A stretch of DNA of 48,652 nt, from the NCBI GenBank assembly GCA_964342375.1, contig CAYFFA010000001.1, positions 1-48,652 on the forward strand. The letters are read 5' to 3'. Both the position numbers and the translations under genes were made by a program. The notes beneath the pieces are model-generated. The model was not told the origin of the DNA. It ran no database searches and saw nothing but the letters and a program-made list of their open reading frames with translations. Shown piece after piece: positions 10,243 to 19,117 of the stretch (the stretch's first letter is position 1; each line of letters opens with the position of its first letter). The stretch is from an uncultured Dehalococcoidales bacterium (GTDB taxonomy: Bacteria > Chloroflexota > Dehalococcoidia > Dehalococcoidales > CAYFFA01).

Positions 10243-10447
10243 ATCCCTCTTTATTATATCTACCTCATCCCCTTTATCCCCCTCTCCTTCAAAGGAGGGA
10301 GTGTGCGATTAGTTGATAATGGAGTTGATTGTAAAGGGCAAAGCTCATCTTAAACTCTCCTCTACTCCCCTTAACCTCACCTAAAAAATACCCCCAAAAG
10401 CCGGCCATGTGCTATAATTAGTCAAAAGTCGGACACAGAAAGATGCG

Positions 10448-13400
10448 ATGTTTACCCATCTCCACATTCACACCGAATATAGCTTACTTGATGGCATATG
10501 CCGCATCCCCAAGCTTATTGAACGAGCCAAAGAGCTAGGAATGGATAGCTTGGCGATAACCGACCACGGGGTCATGTATGGCGCCATCGAGTTCTATCTG
10601 GCAGCCAGGGAGGCCGGCATAAAGCCCATTATCGGCTGCGAAGTTTATGTTGCTCCAGATAGCCGCTTGAACCGAAGTGACGGGAATAAAGAGTACTATC
10701 ATCTCATTCTGCTGGCCAAGAACGGGACCGGCTACCGCAATCTAATCCAGCTCGCTACTCAAGCACAACTCGAGGGCTTCTACTACAAACCCAGAGTGGA
10801 CAAAGAGCTTCTACAGGAGTATCACCACGGTCTTATCGCCCTCTCCAGCTGCATGGGAGGTGAGATTCCCCGCCTCATCCGGGAAGGACGCCTCCAAGAG
10901 GCAAAGCAAGCTGCCCTGTGGCACAAGCAAACCTTTGATGATTTCTACCTGGAAATACAAAAGCACCCCATTCCCGAACTAGAGATGATAAACAAGGAAC
11001 TTGTATCTATGAGCGGTGAACTGGATATCCCGCTGGTAGCAACTAATGATGTCCACTATGTCAACCGGGAAGACGCCTCGACACATGATCTGCTACTGTG
11101 CATTGGAACCAACTCCTCTATCCATGATGATAAGAGACTGAAGATGGCAGGCGACTTTTTCTACCTCAAGAGACCTGAGGAGATGGCAGAGCTATTCAAG
11201 GATATTCCTCAGGCTGTGGAGAACACTGAGCGCATTGCCGAAATGTGCAACCTCAACCTGGATTTCGGACGTCTCCACCTCCCCGAGATAGAGCTGCCTG
11301 AAGGAAAAACGGCTGACCAGTTTCTGGCTAACCTCTGCCATGAGGATCTCCACAAATATTATCCCCAGCCCACACCAGAAATAGAAAACCGGCTCGCCTA
11401 CGAGCTAGAAGTAATAAAGCAGACCCAGTTTGCCAATTACTTCCTCGTCGTCTGGGATTTCATCTCCTTCGCCAAAAAGCAGGGCATCCTGTTTGGCGTT
11501 AGAGGTAGTGCTGCCGCAAGCATCGTCCTCTACTGCCTTGGTATCACACAGGTTGACCCCATTAAAAATAAGCTGGTCTTTGAACGTTTTCTCAATATGG
11601 AGCGTCGGGAGATGCCAGATATAGACCTGGATTTTGAGGGTGACCGCCGTGATGAGGTAATTGCCTATGTATCGCAGAAATACGGGCGGGAGCATGTTGC
11701 TCAGATAATCACCTTCGGCACACTGGGTGCCAGAGCATCCCTCCGAGATGTTGGCCGTGCGCTGGATATGCCTTATAGTGATGTCGACCGCGTTGCCAGA
11801 CTTATCCCCTTCTCTCCAAATATTACCCTGGACAAAGCCCTGGAGGAGAATCGTGAACTGCAAAACATCTACCAGGAGGATACCATAGTTCGCAATCTGG
11901 TCAACTCAGCCAAGAAGGTAGAGGGTATTGCCCGCCATGCCAGCACACATGCTGCCGGCGTAGTCATATCTAAAGAGCCCCTCACCAGATACGTCCCCCT
12001 TCAACGGGCAAGCAAGAGTAACGATGAAGCCACAGTTATGACTCAGTTCACCATGGAAGATATTGCTCATATTGGCCTGCTAAAGATGGATTTCCTTGGT
12101 CTGGCTAACCTGACTATTCTGGGCAAGGCACAGGAGATTATTCATCAGAACCGCAATGTTGATGTTGACCTGCGCCATATTCCCATGGACGATACCAAGA
12201 CCTTTGACCTGCTGTCCTCAGGAGAAACGGCTGGCGTATTTCAGTTGGAGGGAGCTGGCATGCGCCGCTATATCAAAGAGCTCGAACCGACCACCTTCAA
12301 CGATATCGCTGCTATGGTCGCCCTGTACCGCCCCGGGCCCATGGAGCATATACCCGCATTTATCAAAGCCAAGCACGGCGTTGAGCCTATCAGCTACCCC
12401 CACCCCACCTTAGCCAGCATCCTTGAGGAAACTTACGGGGTGATTGTATATCAGGACCAGGTGCTCTTTATCGTGCAAGCCCTCGCTGGCTACAGCTTGG
12501 GACAGGCTGATATCTTCCGCAAGGCGATGGGCAAGAAGATTCCCGAGGTTATGAAGAAAGAGAGACGTAACTTCACCGCCGGAGCCAAGAGGAACGGATT
12601 CTCAGCCGAGATAGCCGGTCAGGTTTTTGACCTCATTGAGCCATTTGCCGGCTATGCCTTCAACAAGGCTCACAGTGTCAGCTACGCACTCATTGCCTAT
12701 CAAACCGCCTATCTCAAAGCAAACTACCCAATAGAATACATGACCGCTCTCCTGATCACCAATGCTGATCAGCCGGAGAAAGTAGCTAATGCTATTGCTG
12801 AATGCCGACGTCTGGATATAACCGTGTTACCACCCGACATAAACCGAAGCCAAGCCAGCTTTTCTATAGAAAAGGATGGCGGTGGCACCTCAGTCATCAG
12901 CTTCGGATTGACCACCATCAAGAATGTGGGATTGGGAGCTATAGAACCTGTTATTGCCGGGCGAGATAAGGAGGGCAAGTTCAAATCAATTGGAGACCTG
13001 TGCCGCCGCGCCGACCTGAGCAGCGTCAATAAGCGGGTAATGGAAAGCCTGATTAAGGCGGGGGCTCTGGACTCCATGGGCAGCCGTGGAAGTCTACTCC
13101 AAAGTGCTGACCGCATCCTGTCCCTGTCCCAGCGAGAGCACCGGCTTCGGGAAACAGGACAATCCACTATGTTTGACCTGTGGGGTGAGGCAATGCCTTC
13201 ACCTCTGCCCAGCCTTGATCTTGAGGCGGCTGACATCCCTACTAAGGAGAAGCTAGCCTGGGAGAAGGATCTGCTGGGGGTATACCTTTCCGAGCATCCC
13301 TTCAGCTCCGTGGCCGGCAAGGCAGGCTCAGAGACTACCCTGTGCGGTCAGATTGATGCTGAACTGGCAGGACAAACCATTGTAGTCGCCGGGATGGTAG

Positions 13401-13960
13401 CTTCAGCTCGCCAACTGTCCACCAAAGACAGCCGCCCCTTTATCAGGGCCGTTCTGGAAGACCTAGATGGTCAGATTGAGGTTATGGTCTGGCCCAAGGT
13501 CTATGCTGAAACCGGAGACCTGTGGCAGGAAGGGAATCTGCTGCTGGTTGAGGGTAAGGTACGGGTAAGAGATGACCAGGTGCAACTGAACTGCGATAGT
13601 GCGCGCCTCTACCAACCTGAGGCAACCCAGGGTGAAGAGGCAGTCACCACTCAGCCTGCTGAAGAGCCATTAGCCGCCGAGGAAACCACAGCCGACACCA
13701 CACCCGCTGAAAGTCGTCGACTGGTAATAAGCATCTTCCAGACCGATAATCAAGCCAGTGACGTCGCCTACTTGCATAAATTGATCGATACCCTTAGGGA
13801 GTTCTCCGGTCAGGATGAGGTAAGCCTTCGTGTAACCAATGAGGGGAATATTATGAACCTCAAGCTGACCAACATACGTATCGACTACTGCCCTGAACTC
13901 CACCAGCAACTGGTAGAACTGGTGGGAGAGGATGGGTTGAGAGTAGAGACGCTCGGGTAA
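10448..13960 (+). CDS. dnaE: DNA polymerase III alpha subunit (replicative DnaE1)
   Basis: 1170 aa. It has a PHP N-terminus (FTHLHIHTEYSLLDG), the polymerase core (PDIDLDF, HAAGVVIS), an OB fold and a C-terminal domain. Confidence 0.97.
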   Translation: MFTHLHIHTEYSLLDGICRIPKLIERAKELGMDSLAITDHGVMYGAIEFYLAAREAGIKPIIGCEVYVAPDSRLNRSDGNKEYYHLILLAKNGTGYRNLIQLATQAQLEGFYYKPRVDKELLQEYHHGLIALSSCMGGEIPRLIREGRLQEAKQAALWHKQTFDDFYLEIQKHPIPELEMINKELVSMSGELDIPLVATNDVHYVNREDASTHDLLLCIGTNSSIHDDKRLKMAGDFFYLKRPEEMAELFKDIPQAVENTERIAEMCNLNLDFGRLHLPEIELPEGKTADQFLANLCHEDLHKYYPQPTPEIENRLAYELEVIKQTQFANYFLVVWDFISFAKKQGILFGVRGSAAASIVLYCLGITQVDPIKNKLVFERFLNMERREMPDIDLDFEGDRRDEVIAYVSQKYGREHVAQIITFGTLGARASLRDVGRALDMPYSDVDRVARLIPFSPNITLDKALEENRELQNIYQEDTIVRNLVNSAKKVEGIARHASTHAAGVVISKEPLTRYVPLQRASKSNDEATVMTQFTMEDIAHIGLLKMDFLGLANLTILGKAQEIIHQNRNVDVDLRHIPMDDTKTFDLLSSGETAGVFQLEGAGMRRYIKELEPTTFNDIAAMVALYRPGPMEHIPAFIKAKHGVEPISYPHPTLASILEETYGVIVYQDQVLFIVQALAGYSLGQADIFRKAMGKKIPEVMKKERRNFTAGAKRNGFSAEIAGQVFDLIEPFAGYAFNKAHSVSYALIAYQTAYLKANYPIEYMTALLITNADQPEKVANAIAECRRLDITVLPPDINRSQASFSIEKDGGGTSVISFGLTTIKNVGLGAIEPVIAGRDKEGKFKSIGDLCRRADLSSVNKRVMESLIKAGALDSMGSRGSLLQSADRILSLSQREHRLRETGQSTMFDLWGEAMPSPLPSLDLEAADIPTKEKLAWEKDLLGVYLSEHPFSSVAGKAGSETTLCGQIDAELAGQTIVVAGMVASARQLSTKDSRPFIRAVLEDLDGQIEVMVWPKVYAETGDLWQEGNLLLVEGKVRVRDDQVQLNCDSARLYQPEATQGEEAVTTQPAEEPLAAEETTADTTPAESRRLVISIFQTDNQASDVAYLHKLIDTLREFSGQDEVSLRVTNEGNIMNLKLTNIRIDYCPELHQQLVELVGEDGLRVETLG

Positions 13961-14109
13961 TATTTTAAGAGTACAGAGATGTTAATCGACTTCATTGATG
14001 AGGTGGAGTCTAACACATACGCATCGCAACCTTATTCCCAGATATTGGCCTCAGTGATACTCCTTTCACTGAAGGAGAATTAAAGGTGGGGTTTTTAAGA
14101 GGGGGGGTA

Positions 14110-14493
14110 ATGAAAAGGTTTTTGATACTGGTTACGGCGGCAATAGTAGCTACCAGTCTGGTGACTGGGTGTACGGGAGGAGTTAAGCCCTCTACTGAGT
14201 CGGAGCAAGCCATAAACACCGGCATTAATCAAGAGTTTATTATTGAGCCCGGCTCTAATCCTTCCACCGGCTATAGCTGACAAGAAAGCTACGATGAGAC
14301 CATGCTCGAGCTGGTGGAAAATACATATAAATCGGGTGAGGAGGCAAAACAGGGTGTGGTTGGCGCTGGCGGTACTGACTATTTTCGATTTAAAGCGTTA
14401 AAGACGGTTGAAACTGAGATAATAATGGTCTATAAGCGACCATGGGAAAAGGAGAGCCTAGAGCAAATTGTTTTCACAGTCGATATAGAGTGA
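14110..14493 (+). pseudogene. Peptidase inhibitor I42 (chagasin/ICP family) lipoprotein interrupted by one in-frame TGA
   Basis: A lipoprotein signal is present (MKRFLILVTAAIVATSLVTGC). Track ORFs 14086..14280 and 14302..14493 are in the same frame. Joined, they read ...EPGSNPSTGYS[TGA]QESYDETMLELVE...VVGAGGTDYFRFKA...YKRPWE. This is the I42 pattern NPTTGYxW ... GxGG..xFxF ... RPW, with the TGA (14278-14280) exactly at the conserved Trp. Confidence 0.75.
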
Positions 14494-14497
14494 CACT

Positions 14498-15013
14498 TTA
14501 CCTCGTTCTGGCTGGAGCTTCCAGAGAGAGAAGGTGCCTCTTCACAGCCAGCCCGCCGGCGAATCCGCAGAGCTTGCCATCGCTGGCAACTACACGGTGG
14601 CAGGGAATGATACCCGGCAAAGGGTTTCTTCCCAGAGCCTGCCCCACTGCCCGCGCCACCCCCGGTCTGCCTATCTGCTCCGCCACCCATGAATAGCTCC
14701 TAGTCTCTCCGTAAGGGATGAGCCTAGTTTTACTCCATACACCAATCTGAAAGGGGGTAGCCCCTGAGAGGTCAACATCGTCAGGGAAGGTTACTTTGTC
14801 ACCGCTATAATAATTCTTGAGGCGTTCCATCAGATTCTCAAACAGCCGTGTAGACCAGATGGCATGGTTTGCTTTATCACCCAACAGTTGACGCGCCTCC
14901 TGAAGTGAGCGCTGAGGTGGAGTGGTCAACAGCAGACCGCTTGTCGATCCCAACACTCCTACCCAGCCGGCAGAGGTATCGAAAGCGGTGTAATTTATAG
15001 CCTCATCTGCCAT
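14498..15013 (-). CDS. ogt: Methylated-DNA--protein-cysteine methyltransferase
   Basis: It has the active-site motif IPCHRVV and GGLAVKRHLLSLE. I prefer the ATG at 15013 (MADEAINYTAFDTSAGWVGV...) over the track start at 15088. Confidence 0.85.
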   Translation of the reverse strand: MADEAINYTAFDTSAGWVGVLGSTSGLLLTTPPQRSLQEARQLLGDKANHAIWSTRLFENLMERLKNYYSGDKVTFPDDVDLSGATPFQIGVWSKTRLIPYGETRSYSWVAEQIGRPGVARAVGQALGRNPLPGIIPCHRVVASDGKLCGFAGGLAVKRHLLSLEAPARTR

Positions 15014-15137
15014 ATATATGCTACCTATTCTCTGCCTCAACCGGAAGGGAGATAATTCAGTATATCGTCTAGTGATTATAACGCACAAGCGGGTTAAAAG
15101 ATAGCGGTAAAATATCTACCTGATAGATTCGTACTTC

Positions 15138-15680
15138 CTACCCCAGCTCAGGCTCAATCAGGCCAAAATCGCCATCCCTGCGTCGGTACAGGAGGCTAAG
15201 CCCTTCAATATCAGCATTGAAGAACAGGAAGAAATCGTGACCCAGCAGCTCCATCTGGTCTATTGCTTCCGCCACTGACATGGGATTGATAGCGAAACGC
15301 TTGACTTTGACCACCTTTCGAGGAGGCTGTGTCTCCGTCTCCTCCCCGACGTCATTCCGGGCGAGTGAGATGCCCCTCCCCTTATTATTAAGTTTCCCTT
15401 TGTGATGCTCGATTTGCCGATTCATAACTGCTCCCACCTTGTCAATAGCCGCAAACAGGGCTTCCCCCCGTTCCTCGCCACGAAGCAAGCCGTTGCCGCT
15501 ATCTACAGTTACCTGCACCACGAAGTGCTGTTGGCGAGACTTTGTCTTTTCCTCGGTTATTTCTACGCTGGCCGCCATAATGCCAGGCAGGTAGCGATTT
15601 ATTTTACCCAGCTTCCGCTCGATATAGCGGCGTACCTGCGGTTTTAACTCTATATTTTTACCCGTTATCTGTAGCTCCAT
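15138..15680 (-). CDS. hpf: Ribosome hibernation promoting factor (long HPF)
   Basis: It starts MELQITGKNIELKPQVRRYIERKLGKINRYL and has a C-terminal dimerisation domain (FLFFNADIEGLSLLYRRRDGDFGLIEP). The ATG at 15680 overlaps the TGA that ends the extended comF frame. Confidence 0.9.
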   Translation of the reverse strand: MELQITGKNIELKPQVRRYIERKLGKINRYLPGIMAASVEITEEKTKSRQQHFVVQVTVDSGNGLLRGEERGEALFAAIDKVGAVMNRQIEHHKGKLNNKGRGISLARNDVGEETETQPPRKVVKVKRFAINPMSVAEAIDQMELLGHDFFLFFNADIEGLSLLYRRRDGDFGLIEPELG

Positions 15681-16249
15681 CAGTTCACACTCCTTTGAAT
15701 CTCTCCAGCCAGCACCAATCCCCATACTGGACTCGCTCCGGCGTTTTTTTACGCCGCAGAGTAGGCAGCAAGGGTAGCTCCCGATGTTGAGACATCATCT
15801 ATAAGTAATACCAGTTTATCGCTTAGGCTGCCGTCACGGCAAATGAAAGCACCGGCAACGTTCCTTTGCCGTTCCTCCACGCTTGCCGTTCTGGCTTGAG
15901 GTAAGGCACTCCGCTCTCGAATGAGGCAGTCGCCTACTACAGCCAGGTCGGTGAGCTTACCCAGTCCACGAGCCAACAGGCTGGACTGATTATAACCGCA
16001 CTCTCCCAATCGTTTCGGGTGCAATGGTACCGGTACCAGAACTTCTCCCGGCACGGGGTTGGCGATAAAGGAATTTTTCAATAATTCAGCCAGAGGCGTA
16101 GCTATTGCCCGGAGATGCCGGTATTTCAGGTTGTGGATAGCCCAGCGCATCGTGCCATCGAAACCAAGTGAACACAAAAACATAATTAACAGTACCACTA
16201 CGAGTAGTATAACATATCCCTTCATCATCCCTATCAATATAGGAAACAA
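15680..16249 (-). pseudogene. comF: ComF-family phosphoribosyltransferase, N-terminally truncated and with a premature in-frame TAA
   Basis: The track ORF 15749..16249 has the ComF core (HNLKYRHLR..., VPVPLHPKRLGECGYNQS, ERQRNVAGAF, LLIDDVSTSGATL) but lacks the N-terminal Zn-finger region. After the TAA (15749-15751) the same frame continues KNAGASPVWGLVLAGE.... This matches the normal ComF C-terminus (L-K-x-A-G-A..V....LA) and ends at a TGA overlapping the hpf ATG. Confidence 0.7.
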
Positions 16250-16314
16250 GTAATGAGTGGCAAAGAAGGAGAAATTGGTAGAATTACCTGGACATCAATG
16301 GGGGTTGCGAGCTA

Positions 16315-16630
16315 ATGAAAATCCACTGCAATAACTGCGACCAAACTGTAGAGGTTAATGGATTGGTCGCAAGCCGCTAAATATACCACTCAAAATTGTT
16401 TGTGAGTCGTTACAGATACATCGTGATGTAGAAGCAGCAGCCAGTGAATTAGGTTGCAGTCAGGGGTACATTTTCAAAGCCCTGAAGGCCAATAGGCTAA
16501 AACTGGGGGATGTCATAAAGAAACAAAACGGCAAGGGGGGAGTGAGTCATGATAAAATCGGCACAAGAACCATAGCCCTCATACTCAGAATCGTTCCCCT
16601 GCTTCTACCGAGCAGACAACATCTACAGCT
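16315..16630 (+). pseudogene. Frameshifted remnant of a small Zn-ribbon/HTH (NUMOD-like) DNA-binding gene
   Basis: ATG 16315 gives MKIHCNNCDQTVEVNGLVASR and then stops. From 16359 the frame one base ahead continues, with no start codon, WIGRKPLNIPLKIVCESLQIHRDVEAAASELGCSQGYIFKALKANRLKLGDVIKK... The (x)EAAxxLGxSxxxIxxxLK pattern is typical of small phage or homing-endonuclease-type HTH modules. Confidence 0.3.
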
Positions 16631-16696
16631 TTAGACTGCATATGAAAACACATTTACCGTCTATAAACCAGAGCTTCAGGGTGTACTGCTGATACC

Positions 16697-16909
16697 CTAA
16701 CGGGCACGGGCACTGTGGAGTGCCCCGTTTACAATGGGTTCATCAATATAGACATCACCATTCCTGATTTTTAGGTTGTAACCGCAATCAGGTGTGGTGC
16801 AAACCCACGCTTTGTAGTGAATAGCCGCCCCCTGACTACCAAAATCAGACAGGGGTACTAAGTCACCAGAATTACATTTCTGGCATTTGGGGAAACTAAC
16901 GTTTTCCAT
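16697..16909 (-). CDS. Small zinc-ribbon protein (70 aa), function unknown
   Basis: It reads MENVSFPKCQKCNSGDLVPL...WVCTTPDCGYNL, with two Cys pairs. A strong RBS GGGAGGAGG lies 5 nt upstream of the ATG at 16909. The longer track ORF (start 16996) would overlap thpR. Confidence 0.6.
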   Translation of the reverse strand: MENVSFPKCQKCNSGDLVPLSDFGSQGAAIHYKAWVCTTPDCGYNLKIRNGDVYIDEPIVNGALHSARAR

Positions 16910-16950
16910 GAGATCCTCCTCCCAACCAAAGTATCTGTTGCAGTATACCA

Positions 16951-17553
16951 TTAACCGGTGGCGGTTGACAAGGGCTTCTCCAACCCTCTCGAACAAAGCC
17001 GACTATACACAGCACCTTCCCTGGTCAGTTGGCTTCTCATCAGGCTGATAGCATCTATTTCAAATGTACAACCTGCATCAAATACAGTGCCGGCTATAAG
17101 CTGCCCGAATTTTTGCCGGTCGTCCAACGATACCCCACCACGAAGGCGGGCAAGGGTCAGATGAGGGGTGAATGATCGCGATTCAGTAACAAAGCCCAGG
17201 GGAGCCAGGGCAGAGTCAAGACGCTTCTGAAGCTGAGCTAGCTTATCCGCCTCCCCCGTTAGCCCAACCCAGACTACCTGAGCTCGCCTCAGATTGGGGA
17301 AAGCTCCCAGTTCCCCGACCTCCAGGTGAAAGGAGGATACTCCCCGAGCTGCCTCCTCCACCACCGTGGTTATTCCGCCCATCTTATCAACAGCCACATC
17401 GCCCAGAAACTTCAGCGTTAGGTGAACGCCATATGGGTTTACCCACTTTACCCCGAACGGTTTTCCAGATTTCAGCCTGATCTGTAGCTGGTTGAGCCAT
17501 GCTTTCAACTCATCAGGCAGTTCAATAGCTATAAACGAACGGACTTGTTCCAT
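16951..17553 (-). CDS. thpR: RNA 2',3'-cyclic phosphodiesterase (2'-5' RNA ligase family)
   Basis: 200 aa with the two HxT/S motifs of the 2H phosphoesterase family (HLTLKFLG and HLTLARL). Confidence 0.85.
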   Translation of the reverse strand: MEQVRSFIAIELPDELKAWLNQLQIRLKSGKPFGVKWVNPYGVHLTLKFLGDVAVDKMGGITTVVEEAARGVSSFHLEVGELGAFPNLRRAQVVWVGLTGEADKLAQLQKRLDSALAPLGFVTESRSFTPHLTLARLRGGVSLDDRQKFGQLIAGTVFDAGCTFEIDAISLMRSQLTREGAVYSRLCSRGLEKPLSTATG

Positions 17554-17563
17554 AGCTTAAGTC

Positions 17564-18412
17564 TTACTCACCTTGAATACCCAATAACCTCTGGGCATTA
17601 CCGGAAAGAATCAGGTTCATTACCTCTCCAGGCAAATCCAGGGAGCCAATCTCATTGAGCAATCGTCTCTGGGTCAGCAGGGGGTAATCACTACCGAAGA
17701 GAATCCTGTTAGCACCAACAAGCTGGATAACCTGACTATATATCTGAGAATCATACAAAAGTGGTGAAGCTGCGGTATCAAAAAGGACATTGTGCATCGC
17801 CTGTTTTACCTCAGGCAACAGGGCATAGAAGGGTAAGCCACCGCCCCAGTGGGCACAGACTATGGTTAAATCAGGAAAACTAGCTATAAAGGGATAAAGC
17901 ACATCCGGGGTAATACCTCCCTTACCCGGATAGTCACGGCCCACCGGCTCAGAGGCATGGATGAGCAGGATTAGCTTATGCTTTCTCATCACCTCAACAA
18001 AGGGTTTCATCGCCGTGTCATTTCCGAGGTCAAATAGCTGTATATCCGGTCTTATCTCGCCAATCCCCCTTATTCCCCCTTTGGCACAGCGTTCTATCTC
18101 AGCTATAGCATCGTCATATGAGTTTGGCTGTACACTGCAAAAGCCTACCAGCCGCCCGTGGTAACGGGCTATGGATTCCAGAATGTAGTCGTTGATTTCA
18201 ACACATAACTCATGAGTAGTCCAGCCGTAATTGGCAATAACTGATATATCAATCCCATTCTCGTCCATACTGTCAATTAGTTCATCAGCGGTAGCCAGTC
18301 TGGCATTGGGATTGGAGTAAAGGATGGCAAAGCACGGGTCATTATCAATATACTTGCCGCGGTTTTTCTTTATATACGGTGGAACTACATGGGTATGAAA
18401 GTCAATAATCAT
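17564..18412 (-). CDS. Amidohydrolase-2 family TIM-barrel metal hydrolase
   Basis: It starts MIIDFHTHVVPP from the ATG at 18412 and contains LLIHASEP, VCAHWGGG and FGSDYPL motifs. Confidence 0.75.
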   Translation of the reverse strand: MIIDFHTHVVPPYIKKNRGKYIDNDPCFAILYSNPNARLATADELIDSMDENGIDISVIANYGWTTHELCVEINDYILESIARYHGRLVGFCSVQPNSYDDAIAEIERCAKGGIRGIGEIRPDIQLFDLGNDTAMKPFVEVMRKHKLILLIHASEPVGRDYPGKGGITPDVLYPFIASFPDLTIVCAHWGGGLPFYALLPEVKQAMHNVLFDTAASPLLYDSQIYSQVIQLVGANRILFGSDYPLLTQRRLLNEIGSLDLPGEVMNLILSGNAQRLLGIQGE

Positions 18413-18516
18413 CGGTAAATTATAACAAAACGGGCTGGGTGCCTTCAACAGCTACCTTCCTCTTTAAAGTCTTAGCTACATTCCACGCGCTCAAACGCAT
18501 ATCTTTTCATCGGGTA

Positions 18517-18545
18517 TTGACAAACTCTCAGGAGGGGACTATACT
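18517..18545 (+). promoter_or_regulatory. Sigma-70-type promoter candidate for the 18599 gene
   Basis: TTGACA (18517-18522), a 17-nt spacer, then TATACT (18540-18545), about 55 nt upstream of the start codon. Confidence 0.5.
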
Positions 18546-18598
18546 CAAGCCCAAATATGTGCAATAATTTATATTAGTATATCGATTTAGGAGGGCAT

Positions 18599-19000
18599 AT
18601 GATTGAGCGAGTTCATGAGCATATCGTTACCGAACTCCAGCAGAACACGCGTACGGACACGATATTCGTCCTTACTGCAATTGTTCTCAACCTGGTGGCC
18701 CTCGGCATCAATTCTATAGTCGCGGCTACGAATGGCGATGCTGCAACGACGATTGTGATGTTCGCATTTGTTGCGCTCGTGGTAGTGGTCAATTTTGTCG
18801 CGGAAGTAGGACTACTGAGGGGGAAGCAGACTCGAGAGAAGCTGCTAAATGGGCTCCTAAAGATGTACAAAGACCAAGGGGTGGAAGGGTATTATGACCC
18901 ATCCCTTTTGAGCACTTACAATACCAGATACAACCTGTTTATGCTCGTGGTCCTCTTCACGGGGCTGGTAGCCATTATTGTGCCTTTCATCATCAGATAG
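18599..19000 (+). CDS. Hypothetical membrane protein (3 predicted TM helices)
   Basis: 133-aa ORF with a GGAGGG RBS and three hydrophobic segments. I recognised no family. Confidence 0.6.
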   Translation: MIERVHEHIVTELQQNTRTDTIFVLTAIVLNLVALGINSIVAATNGDAATTIVMFAFVALVVVVNFVAEVGLLRGKQTREKLLNGLLKMYKDQGVEGYYDPSLLSTYNTRYNLFMLVVLFTGLVAIIVPFIIR

Positions 19001-19117
19001 TTGGTAACTACGTGCGAACATGTTGAAATCTAGGGTAGTATCACCCTCCTCTCTCCAAAGTCATAACTATATCCCACACGCCCAGTGGTTCGTCTTTATT
19101 TCGGGTATTGAAAAAGT

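Noticed and set aside
19095-19115. Third copy of the GGGTATTGA(C/A)AAA promoter-like box (the others are at 18513 and 25785)
   Set aside because: It lies between two convergent gene ends with no downstream plus-strand gene, and its -35 hexamer is imperfect (TTGAAA). It is probably a chance match.
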